Below are positions 38,706 through 52,320 of a stretch of DNA of 64,000 bases, piece by piece (the stretch's first letter is position 1; the number at the start of each line of letters is the position of its first letter). The translations under genes and the position numbers were made by a program. The notes under the pieces are model-generated. The model made no database searches. It was not told the DNA's origin and saw only the letters and a program-made list of their open reading frames with translations. Source of the DNA: Camelus ferus (taxonomy: Eukaryota). Where the stretch lies: assembly GCF_009834535.1 (NCBI RefSeq), contig NC_045697.1, forward strand, positions 28,460,001 to 28,524,000, given 5' to 3'.

Positions 38706-41700
38706 CTTCCTAATTTGTAAAATCAACTGTACCGTTAATCACAGAAGGACTATCTAGTCTTCCAGTGCCTAGGTGATACTGATAAAAAGTATTAAGACTT
38801 GAAAGAAGAAAGCCCACTAAAATTTCCTTTATTGACTAAAATAAAAACCAAAAGTTAATCACATGAATTAAAAAGGCTTTGTAGCAACATGGAAAACGCT
38901 AAATATTATTAAATTAGGGAAATACATATATATATGTATCTCATAGTCCATACATGTTTATTTGTTAGAAAGATCTGTGAAGGTGCACACCAAATTCATC
39001 TAGGGAAGTAGGAATAAGTCAAATATAGAGAATTGAGTGAGGAATTTACTTCACATGTATTTTTTTTGAAAGAACATTTATTATTTATATCAATAATTAA
39101 ACATTTTACAACAGTATAAATTAATAGGAAAAGATACTAGCAGTAGATATATTTTCTGGGTAGGGAAGTTTCTCAAGAAACTTCAGGCATACATCTTCCA
39201 GGAAAAGGCCAATAACAGGTCTTACTTAGAGTGACTTATTTAAGATCAGTAGACATTAGTCACAATTTACAAGGCCTTAAGACTTCTAAGAGGAATATGA
39301 CCAATGATCTCCCAGATCACAGGCTTATAGTACTTTAATACGAAAACAAATTTAAGTAAAGATGTAGAAGTTTCACTTACACTGTTTAGATTAGAGCTGA
39401 AATACAGAGCTCAACAAACAATAAAGGATTATCTGCATCCCAAATCTTAGGTTACAACAGAGAACAGGAAAAACACAAAGCATGATTTAAGTTCACATTT
39501 CTAAATCCACCTGTTCTCTCCTTCTGGAACTCCTATCATTAACAGAAGAAACTGTATATCAAGAGATAGTCAAGGAGAGCAGGAGGCGACAAAAGTCACA
39601 AGGGAGCAGAAGAGGCTAAAAATAGAATAATTCTGCAAATGGCTTCAATGGGAATTGAAAAAAATCCCCCTTCAGACTGTCTTTACGGATGTTAGGAAGT
39701 ATGAATGATTTAGAAAAAACCGAAACAACTAGGTACACTAGTTATAACGAAATACCTCCCCCTGTTTAAAAAAAAAAAAAAAAGAACACTATCCTCAGAG
39801 GAGGCACACAAAAAAAAGCTAAACAACTTAAAAGAATGATTTATAATTAGATTATGAATTTTGTGTTGGCATCTTTCTACATATGTTGTAGTATTCTACT
39901 ATTATATCAGTAAAAATCCATATTTATCAATGGGTATATTCCCATATTTAGTCAAGTAATGAAACAGAGAATTCAATGGAACATGATAGGATACCTGATT
40001 TTAATTGAAAAGGACTCATTGTATATTCTTATTCACCTCTTTAAAAAGTCTCATTAGCCAGTATTTAATAAGTAAAGCATTAAAGTTCTAATTAGAATAT
40101 TAGACTAGGATACATGAATGTCTGAAATGTCAGATAGCGCCTCCATTTTTTAATGTTTCTGAACATTTCAGAGACAAACAGAACTCAGCAAATACAAAAT
40201 CTGGCAAACAAAACCTGGCAAACATGCACCTGGCAAAATACAACTGCATTAAGAACAGTCTAGTATTTGTGTAACCCAAGGATGCAATTAAATCATAGGA
40301 AGGAGATATGCCAAGAAAGCAAGTAAAGCTTTGTCATGAGCACCCCAAGATGGGCATTCTTTGTACTGCAGTCTTATAACCTTAAACTGAAACACTGTTT
40401 ATCATGTATCATTAAAACACTCCTATAATAATACAACCAGAGATATATTCATTTGTTTTAAAAGCCCTTATTGCAGATATACAATAAAGTGAATGAAGGA
40501 AAGAAGTTCAGTTATGCACACATCAAGTATAAGCTGTCTACTATTTGTGCAAATGGAGATGTTGTATCAACAGCTGGATATACAAAAGTCTGGAATTCAG
40601 GAGCAGCAGCTTGGGCCAGTTTTGCAGCATGGGTTCATTCTGGCATTAACACTCCCGTTCATCTTATTCATTTTCTAGGTTGTCCAATGTAAGTCACATA
40701 ATACTCTGTTAATACGTCCTTTTCTGCTTAAATCAGCTAGAACTTCTATTATTTACAATGAAGAAACCTTAACTGATATCATTACTAAATCAGGAAAAGA
40801 AATTAGTTTTAAATTTTCAAGGAACAGAAGTTTATTAAAGTGGAAAGGAACTTACGGTAAAAATCTTAACTATTCCTAAGCTCAAACAGGCAAAGCCTGT
40901 TTCCAGAGAACAGAACTGCAACCTAGCATACAACTAATCAACAAACCATAAATAATCTGCATTAAAATCTTCAAGTTTCCCCAGGTTTTTACTTGCTATT
41001 AGCATTTTAAATTCTCAGGAATTGACAATACTCTAAACTACAAGAAAACCCAATTTTACTACATGAGGTCAAAAATAACAAAAATTTCAAATCAGAACTT
41101 GAAGTTAATGAGATGTTACACTATTACAAAGATGAATTAAATGTCCATTTAAAAAAAAAAAGAGACTAAATCTCTGCTCTGTCATCATACTATAACACAG
41201 TATTATTAATGTATCTATGAATTTCCTGAGCATGCAGACATCTAAATTCTGTTAGTTATAACTAACACAGAGAAGTTATAGTCAGATAAACTGCTTTTAA
41301 GATATAGGCTGTGGAGTTAGAATCCCACAGAGCAATAAGATAACAGGTACTGAGAAAAAAAGGTCCTCTGAAGTACCTTTGAAGAGTCGAAAATAATGAA
41401 TGCACGAGAGGTAGAAAAGCCTAGTATATCATAAAAGAATACTGATGACATTTAAGTGAAAAAATTGAGTTTTTGTTAGACTACTTTTTACTGATTATAA
41501 AATTTATTATCACAGAAAATGCAGGAAACTATAAAAGAGAAGTCTCAATATTCTACAATCCAGAGATAACCACTTTTAACATTCTGGTGTATTTTCTTCT
41601 AGTCTTTTTTCCTGTGTACAAATATATATAAGGTATATGTGTGTGTACACACAAAATTATACTCAATGCCATTTGTATATCCTATTTTCTTTCATTTCAT

Positions 41701-42519
41701 ATGACATGAATTTCTCTTGTGTTATTAAATATTTTTCAAAGAATTATTTTAAACATCTGTATACGATTTTATCGCATGAATGTGTCATGATATAACCACT
41801 GCCTTACTAGGTGACATTTGGGTTGCTTATAACTTTTTATTATTATAAATAATGCTAAAGTAAATAGCAGTATTCATAAATCTTTGAATTTCTGAATTTA
41901 GAGACTATATCAAAAGCTACTTTAGAAAAAAATGTTTAAAAAGCACTTAAATAGCAAAAAGTAGATATGATCCAAAAATGCTGCTTGATTCTGAATTTAA
42001 ATAAGAAATGCAGATGAAATAAAAATTCAAAAGCACAATTCAATTTAAACAAATGTCTATCAAACCTAACCAGCAAGTTTCCTTAGTGAATTAAATGAGT
42101 TTCTCCTCAATACTATTATCAGCATGTTATACACAGCAGATCACCCAACAGTAATTTACATTGTGTGAAAATGTCCAGCACACACTAAAGAATATGGACT
42201 TTTAAAGGATTTGTAAAAATCTAAAATATATTTTCACATAATTACAAAATATTTCAAACTAAGATTGCTATAAATAATGTTTTATCAAGCATGAATTAAT
42301 GTGCCCACTAAAAAAGGAGAAAAAAAGCTAAACATGGCTTTCCTGACAATCTATCAAAGAGAACAGAAATATACAGGGAATCATAAAAAGTAGGGCTTAG
42401 TTTTAGCCATCTCTAAAAAAAGCAGCAGAGCTAACAAAATAAAGCATGATACTGTTAGAAACAAAAAATACTGTAGTGAGAAATAAAAAGGTAGTAATCC
42501 TTATTAAAAACTAGTATCC

Positions 42520-42798
42520 TGGATCACTTATATGTGGAATCAAAAAAATACAACAAACTAGTGAATATGACAAAAAAAAAAAACAACAAGCAGATTCACA
42601 GATACAGAGAACAAATTAGTGGTTATGGGAGGGGCAGGGCAATATACGGGTGGGAGAGTTGGAGGCACAAACTACTGAGTGTAATATAGGTTCAAGGATG
42701 TATTTTAGAATATGAGGAATATGGCCAACATTTGTAATAACTGTAAATGGAAAGTAACCTTTAAATTGTATAAAAAATTTTTTAATTAAAAAAAAAAA
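42520..42798 (+). mobile_element. LINE-1 3' UTR fragment
   Basis: tcacttatatgtggaatc ... cagattcacagatacagagaacaaattagtggtta ... A-tail. Confidence 0.85.
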
Positions 42799-43376
42799 GT
42801 ACAATGTTGATGCCCACTCACAACAACACACACAAAAACCACTAAGGAAATTTACCACAAGTAAGTTACATGTCTAATTTTTGTTTCAAATATCACATTT
42901 AATTTGAAAAAGAAATCTGCCTTATGTTTGACTGAATTAAGACATAAAAACTATCAGCTCTTAAACTTCATAAACAAACAGGAGAAAATATTTTCTAAAC
43001 TATCCTTTACTCAAACTAATCTATTTTTACATCAAGTTATCAGAGATATGGCATTCCCATTATATTTCTATACTCACAAGAGTCATAGTTAATCTATAAG
43101 TTCTTAGTTTATTGCTATCCTCTCTAAAGCATTCTTAAGGATCATAAGTCCTAGTATATGCTGACTCTCAAAGGAATACCACTCACCGTCAATGCACTTC
43201 TAATGACTATGTATCAACACTGAATAAGCAGAAAACCTGCTTATTAACTACCAACAATTCAAATAATTGAGCAGCTCTTTGTACCTGCCTTTATTAACTG
43301 GCCTATAATAATACACCCCTGTACAAGAGTACTTTAAAACAACAAAATGTGTTACAATGTACAACATGACAATATA

Positions 43377-43638
43377 CAGCTGACCCTTGAACGATGAATG
43401 AGGGAGTTAGGGACACCAACCCTCCATACAGTGGAAACTCTGCATGTAACTATAAAGTAACTATACCTAACTATAAAGTCAGCACTCTGTGTACATAGTC
43501 CCTTCGAATCAACAGAATTCTACACCCTCAGGTTAAACCAATCACAGATTGTTCAGTACTGTAGAATTTACTATTGAAAAAAATCCACATATAAATGGAC
43601 CCTCAGAGTTCAAACCCATGTTGTTTAAGGGTCAATTG
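43377..43638. mobile_element. TcMar-Tigger MITE (MER8/Tigger2-like)
   Basis: TIRs cagctgacccttgaac / gtttaagggtcaattg flanked by TA on both sides. Confidence 0.88.
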
Positions 43639-44262
43639 TACTTTATTTATTGTGAATAATGGTCAAATTTCTCCTTTTGAACATAAAAAGTATAAAGTAT
43701 AGTACATAAACAGCCCTGTATTTAAGCTTATAGACTAGTAAAGTCTTTAAAAACCTACAATTCAAATTTCACTACACTCAATTCAATAAAGCTATCCAAA
43801 ACCTGTTGTTCAGAAATCTGCCTCTGTCAAATAGTTGAATTGGATTTGAAAATGATCTTTACAGAGACTTCTGTTATGCCATTTGTTGGAGTAAGATTTG
43901 AACTATATCATAACAGGAACTATGACTTCATAGCAGATTATCAGGTAAACAAGCTCCATATAGCCCAAGACTATATGCATTAATACAGAACAGAAGAGTC
44001 TGTACACAAATGTGTGCTATCCACCTATAATGGTGAATTTCATCAACAAAAATTTATCATAAATAAAGACAGCAATTTGTTTTTATCTCTAATGAAAAAG
44101 CTGGTATCAAGTATCTTAACCATTATGACTTATACCACTGCGGAATTTCAATTATGAAGTAACTTTTAGTGCCCATCAAATGTAAATCTTCCAATAACCA
44201 ACATTCTCCCCAAAATAGGATAGAGGGGTACAGTTCAGTTCTGAATAGGACTGTCCTGTTCA

Positions 44263-44400
<138 letters not shown>

Positions 44401-44707
44401 TTAAGACTATTATTCAGAGTTACTCTTTCTCTTAAGCTATAAATAATTCATGTATGTATAGATTTACAATTGTTCTTTTAAACTAAGTATAGTTCAATTT
44501 ATTAATAATGTATCTATGAGTTTATTACTAATCTTACATGAATTATGAACTATACAAATGACTGGATACCACTTCTGTCATCAGACTGATTTCCTGTAAG
44601 TGTAAATGTCTTCAGACACTCTACACTGGACTCACCTGTGAAGCTGGTGATACTTGAGCACTATTCTGCTTGCTTACTTAATTCTTTAACTTAGTTAGCC
44701 TCACCAC

Positions 44708-45060
44708 TGCTATGGACTGAATGTTTGTGTCCCTCATAAAATTCATATGATGAAGCCTTAATCACCAAGGGGATGGTATTTGGAGGTAGAGCCTTTGGGA
44801 AGTAATTAGGTCATAAGAGTGGAGCCCTTATGAATGGGATTAGTGCCCTTAAAGAAGAGACATGCTATCTCTCTCTCCACCACGTGAAGATACAACAAGA
44901 AGGCAGCCATCTACAAACTAAGAAGAGGTCTCTCACCAGACACTGAATCTGCCCACAACTTGATCAAGGAACTCCCAGAATCCAGAGCTGTGAAAATAAA
45001 CATTTCTTGTTTAATTTACACAGTCTGTGCCATTTTACCACAGCAGCCTAAGCTGACTAT
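44708..45060 (+). mobile_element. MLT1A-like solo LTR
   Basis: tgctatggactgaatgtttgtgtccc ... gcagcctaagctgacta; similar to the 33350 copy. Confidence 0.88.
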
Positions 45061-45489
45061 GGTACCTCTGCAGCCTTTATCCTACCAAGAAGGCCAGCTG
45101 AAAGAAAAAAAAATCAGTTATCTAAAATGCTACCAATGCTGGGGGTGGGGGTCCATGAATTAACATGACAAGGATAGCTGGGAAGATTCTCAATAAGAAT
45201 AATGAGTAACAAGATGGAGTACTAGTGATACTTAAGATGGAACTGACAGATCAATGGAACTCATAAATTAATTTAAGGGAACTTCACTCATTCAAAAAGT
45301 ATTAGCACCTGTGCTGGGCATCAGCCACACAAAAGTGAGCAAAAACTTTATATAGTCCTTACTTACCCTAAAGGGTGGTAAGATTCTAATGGTGGAGATA
45401 AACATTAATCTAAGTATTTTAAAAATTATAAATACAAACCTGTAACTGCTATAAAGACAAATGAACCAAAAAACTAGAAAAGATAACAC

Positions 45490-46945
45490 AGAGAATGAGA
45501 GAAAATACTTGCAAATCATATTTCTTATAATGGTTTACTCTCCAGACTATATAAAGAACCCCTCTAACTCAATAACAAAAACAATCCAATTTAAAAGGGA
45601 CTTAAACAGACATTTCTCCAAAGATATGCAAACAGCCAATAAGCACAAGAAAAAACGTTCAATGTCATTAGTGAAATACAAAAAAACCCCCAAAAAACCC
45701 ACAATGAAATGCCACCTCACACCTATTAGGATGACTATAATTTGAAAAATGGAAATAAGTGACATGAAGAAATTAGGAACCTCCTAAATGGCCTCTCTGG
45801 AAAACCATTTGGTGGGTCCTCAAAAAGTTAAATATACAATTATCAATTACATTTGGAATTTGACTCAGCAATTCCATTTCTAGGTATTTATCTCCAAAGA
45901 TTTGAAAACAGGAACTCAAATAGATACTTGTATGCTAAATGTTCATAAGAAAATTATTTACAAGAGCCAAAAAGTAGAAAGAACCCATGTGTCCAACTAC
46001 TGATGAACAAAAAGTGGTATATACTTCAATGGAATATTACTCAGTCATAAAGAGTAATAAAGTTCTTCTGTATAGCACAGGGAACTATATTCAATATCCT
46101 GTAGTAACCTATAATGAAAAAGAATACAAAAAGGAATATATGTATGTATAACTGTATATGTATGTATATATATGACTGAAACATTATGCTGTACACCAGA
46201 AATTGATGCAACACTGTAAACTGACTATACTTCAATTAAAAAAAAAAAGTTCTGATATATAGATGAACCCTGAAAACATTATGCTAAATGTCAAACACAG
46301 AAGGACGAATATTGTATGATTCCACTTACGTGAAATTTCTAGAATAGGGAAATTCATATAGACAGAAAATAGAATGGTAATTGCCAGGATGTGGGGAAGA
46401 GAGGAATGGGGAATTATTGCTTAATGAGTACAGAGTTTGTTTGGTGTGATAAAGTTTTAGAAATAGACAGTGGAGATAGGTGCACAACATTGTAAATGTA
46501 AAGCCATTAAATTGTACATTTTAAAAATTGTTAAAATGGCAAAATTTGCAGGGGGTGTAGCTCAGTGGTAGAGCACTATGCTTAGCATGCACGAGGTCCT
46601 GGGTTCAATCCCCAGTACCTCCATTTAAATAAATAAATAAACAAACCTAATTATCTCCCCCTACAAAAAGAAAAAAATTTTAACAAAAAAAAGGGGCAAA
46701 ATTTGTTATGTATATTTTACTACAATTAAAAAAAAAATTGTGGTTCCCCAGGACTAGGGGGCTTGGAATGAAGTGGAGAGTGACTGCTAATTGGTACATT
46801 CTGGGTGAAGATAATGTTCTAAAATTGAATATGGTAATGGTCACACAACTCCATGAATATGCTAAAAACCATTGCACTGTACACCTTAAATGGTGCATTG
46901 TGTGGTATGTGAATTGTATCTCAATAAAGCTGTTACTTCAAAAAA
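45490..46945 (+). mobile_element. Older LINE-1 3' region carrying a nested young L1 tail (46067-46245) and a SINE
   Basis: Peptide [17 protein letters not shown]; the nested L1 has TSD aaagttct at 46059-46066 and 46246-46253. Confidence 0.85.
46549..46694 (+). mobile_element. tRNA-derived SINE, camelid Vic-1-like
   Basis: A box tagctcagtgg, B box ggttcaatcc, (aaat)n, aacctaattatctcccc tail, TSD ggcaaaatttg on both sides. Confidence 0.92.
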
Positions 46946-49900
46946 AGATAAATGGTGCTTAGAGAGCATAATCTGGTTCTAAACTTATCTAGGGAGTCAG
47001 GAAGACTTAACGAAAGAAGTTAACTCTGAGTTGAAAGTGGATGGATTCACTAGAATACAACAGGGTGAAGTGGAAGGTATGGGGATTGAGAGCTGCAGGC
47101 ATTCTAGACACAAATTGAAGAGCAGTGTGAAGACTGTAGGGAGTAAGATTATGACCTGATGAAGGAACTGAAAGAAAGCCATGATGTGCTGGGATCCAGA
47201 CAGCAGAAGAGTAGTCTGAAATGAGATCAGAAAGGTCAGGGGGCCAGGCCACACAGGGTCTTCTAGGCCATGTTCAAGACTAGGTCTTCAAAGAGCAATG
47301 TGAAGTCCATAAGGGTTTTTATGCCTGTGTATTTTTAAAAGATCGCCTTGGCTGCACTTTGGAAAACTGATAGTAGAGAAGCTAGAGTCAACATAAAGAG
47401 ACAAGTCAAAATGTTTCTTTCATTAATTAACTCAGTAATCATGATGTCCATTACAGAAATACATAGGTTTGATGACAGCCTATCAAATCACTAGGCAGGA
47501 GACAAATTATTCCACAAACAATGTTGGGAACAGCTGACTCCCTACCTTCATTCCTTACACCAAAACAAATTCTAGATGGATGAGTGATTTAACTTTTCAA
47601 AATGCAGCCACATGTAGAAATAGTCAGCTAGAGCAATAGATTAGAACATAATGTTGACAAACTGATCCATGATTTTACCAGAATTTAGAATATGATGAAG
47701 ATGCCATTTTAAACCATGGACTACCTAAGTAGGATAAACGATAGAACTGTCTATTTTTTTTAATTAAGGTATGATGCATACATAGAGGACTGGAAGAATA
47801 TACATCAAACCTAATTAAGTGGTTAGCTCTGGGGAAGAGAATATAATTTTGGAGACAGACTTTCCATAAGGAAAAAAGGGATCAGACTGTGCTGGGTGTG
47901 GACATAACACAAGTGTCCACTTACAAATACTGATCCTTCTTTCCTCCCTATCACTGCCTTGCCAGGCCAATAAAATGTGAGTTGAAATTAAATGATATAG
48001 TACTAAGCTTTTTAAAAATGAAATTCAAATACTAAAATACCCAGTATCAATCCAGTTAATGTAGCGCCTCAAGACGAAAATGCTAAGAAAATATAAGCAA
48101 ACAGATTTTTACAAAGGAGACTTGTGTTTATCACCCATAAAAATTGTAGAACAGCTATTTTTAAGTCTCTTTTTAATCCATTTGATTTACAAAACTAGAT
48201 TCCACCACCACTTCTCCCACCCCCCCCAAAAAAAACAGAGCTTGGAGGCAGGAATCTATGTTAATCATCAGCCATAGTAATTAATAAATATTTACTGAAA
48301 TTTGAATGTTTATTTTCTCTGTATCTACACATGAAAGAAACATATAAATCAACTAGAATTTTAAAAGTATGTTGCTCTTAATTAGCCTCCAGTAAAATGA
48401 AAAAATGTGTTTATAAATAGGACATTCCTCAAAAGTGCTAGGTTTCTGTGGAAATTTCTACATGAGCTGTTTTAAATTGAGTTGTTTTAGATACTATTCA
48501 GTTTTCAGTTAATAGTTTCCACTTTAAAATTACTTGGTTTGGTTTGGTTTTGTTTTTAAATAGAATGGAAATAGTTCTCTGTTGGCCCAGACCTCAAAAC
48601 AAGTGTCAACACACAGCAGCACACTAGAGCAAAAAACTTAACCATCCCACCCCACATTTAGATTCCTTGGTGTCCAGAGACATTAAGAAGTTGCTCTATC
48701 CTGGGCAAGACAGAATCTGGTAAATCAGCCTAGAAGAGGCCTTGGATAGAAAGTAATTTAAAGCAATGCTTTTGCCTTTCATGTTTCACAGGAGTTGTTC
48801 AGCTCCTCAATATATAACCCTAATGTGAGAATAATGCTAAATAATGTTTAAGTCATGGGCTTGACCCTTGAAGACAACCAACTTTACTCCAACTGGTCAC
48901 AAAGGGCCTAGTTGTAAAAATAAGAATAGTGCACTGAAAAAGTTCAAAATAATCTAGGGGAGGAGAGAGGAAGTAAATACAGGCAGAGAAGAAATAAAAT
49001 TGGCCATAAGCTGAAGCTGAGTGATAGGTACTGGGGAGTCTGTACAATTCTACAATTCACTTTTTTATATTTTAACACTTTCCACAATCAAGGGTTTAAT
49101 TTATATATTAGTAATTTCCTATTATAGTTAATACTTGTGATAGCAATCTGACTCTGGGCATAAATTAAGAAACAGTTTACAGGTGACTTTTTATGCAGTA
49201 TAAAGGACAAAACGCATCTAAAGCTCTCACACTATCCCCTGCTAAACTCTTTGCACAGAAAAGCAGTAAAATAATCCACCCTCTCTGTTGGGAGGGCAAA
49301 TACAATTCTCCACATCCCTCAGATCCGAGTCATTTCCTCCTTTGACTAACAAACCTTTCCTGGTAGAGTTCAGCTGTAATAAGTTAGTTGAGTCATCCTG
49401 TCTCTGTATGTACTGAGGGAGTGTTCCAGTGCCATTACGCAATTTATTATCTGCTGTTAGAACCTTAAACACTCCAGCTCATGTTGGGTGGGTTTAATTT
49501 ACTTTATTTTACCTTTGGGGAGTCAAATTTAATTGCCTGTTTATAAGTTTGGAAAAGGTCGAAAAGTAGATACTGTAGTTCCACCACTGTGTATTTTCTA
49601 GAATTATGCCATCGAACTACACGTTTATATAATGGATTGATTCCTTGGGAAATAAACCTCTTAAAAGCAGTTCTTGATTAGGCCAGTCTTAGTAGCAAAT
49701 ATTTGTAAAACAACATCATCAGTGTTATGTGTCAGTATCAGTGGTATCCCTGGAAGTACACAGAGTAAAATGGCAACTGTCAACCTTCCCATTCTTCTCT
49801 CCCCAATTCTCCGCCCTTTCCCCAGAGGTACCACGGTCAACAGTCTGGTATGAATACTTCCAGGTCTCTTTATATGCATTTATACCCTTATAAATACATA

Positions 49901-49951
49901 TATCCATCTATAATTTTGGTGGGTTTTATGAGGTCCTATTATACATATTCT

Positions 49952-50038
49952 TTTTTTAAATTTTTTACTGATTTATAATCATTTTACAATGTTGTGTCAA
50001 ATTCCAGTGTAGAGCACAATTTTTCAGTTATACGTGAA
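49952..50038 (-). mobile_element. 87-bp LINE-1 terminus
   Basis: Reverse complement matches the terminus of the 61846-63285 L1; perfect 17-bp TSD cctattatacatattct at 49935-49951 and 50039-50055. Confidence 0.92.
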
Positions 50039-51874
50039 CCTATTATACATATTCTGCAACTTGCTTCTCTGTAACATAAAAAGCTTTGGAGAACTTTCAA
50101 TATATAAAGCTCTACTTCATTCTTTCTAATGGCTACATAATACTCCAAAACATGAACACATAATTTTAGCATTCCTTTAGTAGAGATAACTTAGAGCCTT
50201 TCCAATTTCTTTATTAACATAATGTTGCAACAAACATCTATGTGCCCATATTTTTGTAGGACTGAGTACAAATAATGAAATCTCCAGATCTAAGGGCATT
50301 CACAAAAAGCCTTTACCAATTTTAATTCTATGAATAGCACACAGTACATATTACTAATTGTATAGCATAGTAATTACATAAAATATTATTACTGTCACTA
50401 ATACTACAATAATACATGGACACATTCAATTTAAAAAAATTTTTGCCATAATGTCAGGCCCCCAAAATATGTCTCACTACTTTATTTCCTAATTCTAATG
50501 AGGCTGCACATCTTTTCAAGTTTGTTGGCACTTATATTTCTTCTTTTTCAAACTCTTTTTGTCTCTTTAGTATCAATCCATTATCTCATAGTAAGATTGA
50601 GAACTTGTTATAGGTTATTTTCTTCCATTTCTTCTAGGTGGCTCCAAAGCCACATTAGTAAGAATCTATTTTGACAAATTTTTCTATTTAAATATTTATC
50701 TGTCAGACTATCAGCCAAAGAGTTAAGAAAATTGTAAACCACAGAAAAATAGATCTAAAATCCCAAGACACCAATTGGAAATAACATCCAATGATAACGT
50801 GAAATATTTTTCGGAGAGTATTTTCACTTTCTTTAATGTTTTAACTAACAAATTAATTTTTTCCAGGTACAAGCTGGAGGAACTGAAGGGTAGAAACAAT
50901 AAACTCTGGATTTTCTTTTGACAATTTTACTTCAGCTCTTTTATCCTGGAGCTATTTTTTGTTGCTATAGATGTTAAAGTCTAACATGAAGTAAAAAAAA
51001 AAAAAAAAAAAAAAAAAGTCTTCCAAGACATTAAAGATTAGGGGGGAAAGCATTTATATGTTTGTACGTGTGTATGAGAGTTCATTTTGGTTCCTCTTAC
51101 AGAAGAAAATACTTCATTTGGGATGTATCTTTTAAAGAAGCTATTGTCTCCTAAATTTCTTTTTTAAAAGAGGGTATTTTATAAATACCTAGGGGTAAAA
51201 AAAATTTCCCAAAATATAATAAAATGCCAACATAGGTTTCAAGATTATAAAAGTAATTTTCAAACAGGTTAGCTATTTTTCTAACACATTGCAATATAGT
51301 AAATATTTTTAAAGTATTTTTAACACAAAATGCTTGGGAGAATCAGCCATGCAGGCTTGAAGCAAATAATCCAGTCATATGCTAGATTAACCCACTATAG
51401 TTCTTGCATTAATTTGGAATGGAATTATCATTAGATGACTTTTACCTAAACCTGAATAAAAAACAAAAACCTGGAGATGATTAAAAATTAAAGGCCACTA
51501 AGCAACATGCTAAATAAATCTCTTAAGTCTCTAAGAGACAACACGTTAAAACAGGCAAGATAGTCTCTAAAAAATACTGGAAATAGGTAAAGCCCAAGGG
51601 AAAAGGTAATTCCCCAAAAGGGCACTACAGAAATATTTTCAAAAGGTCACCTTAACTAAGTAATTAAGAAAATACAAATTAAAGTGTGAACTTTCACCTG
51701 AAAAAAAAAACCACACAAACGGGGTACCATGAAAAATTTTGCTAGTCCAACAGTTAACAGTTATGACCCTTCTGGAATGTAATTTGGCAATATGTATCAA
51801 GAACTATAAAAATGTTCTTATCAGTGTCCTTTAAAATACTCCAATAGAGGTGGGGGATGGGGGAGAAGGAGGGA

Positions 51875-52320
51875 AAGGGACAAATCTTCATTACAGAATT
51901 CCAAGTAATATTAGCAAATTTATCGCCCTCTAGGAGGTTAAGCTTAACCCTCCTGGACTCTGAATGTGGACTAGACTTAGTGACTCATTTCTAACAGACA
52001 GAATTCAGAAAGAGAAGGTAACTTTACAGTAGAGAAACCTAGCACACACTACCTTAACCAAAAGATCAAGGTAAACATCATTACTGATTTGATACCATGT
52101 ACCTTTGGTATGATGGGATGAGAAGGGCACGTCACCCTATGGTATTCTTCCCCGAAACTGTAACACCAAGTCTAGTCATGAGAAAAATAATCAAACCCAA
52201 GTTGAGGCGAATTCTAAAAAACAGCTACCCAATACTCTTCAAAACTGTAAAAGACATTTAAAAACAAAAAAAAGGAAAGCCTACAAAACTATCACAGACC
52301 GGAGGAGACAAAGCCGACTA
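51875..52320 (+). mobile_element. Ancient L1 (L1MC/MD-like) 3' fragment
   Basis: gacttagtgactcatttcta and ccttaaccaaaagatcaaggtaaacatca motifs. Confidence 0.55.

Noticed and set aside
40198..40238. Three spaced ctggcaaa repeats
   Set aside because: Short degenerate tandem repeat with no further structure.
46549..46622. tRNA-Ala-like sequence (also at 54597 and 60736)
   Set aside because: Followed by a SINE tail and flanked by TSDs, so these are SINEs, not tRNA genes.
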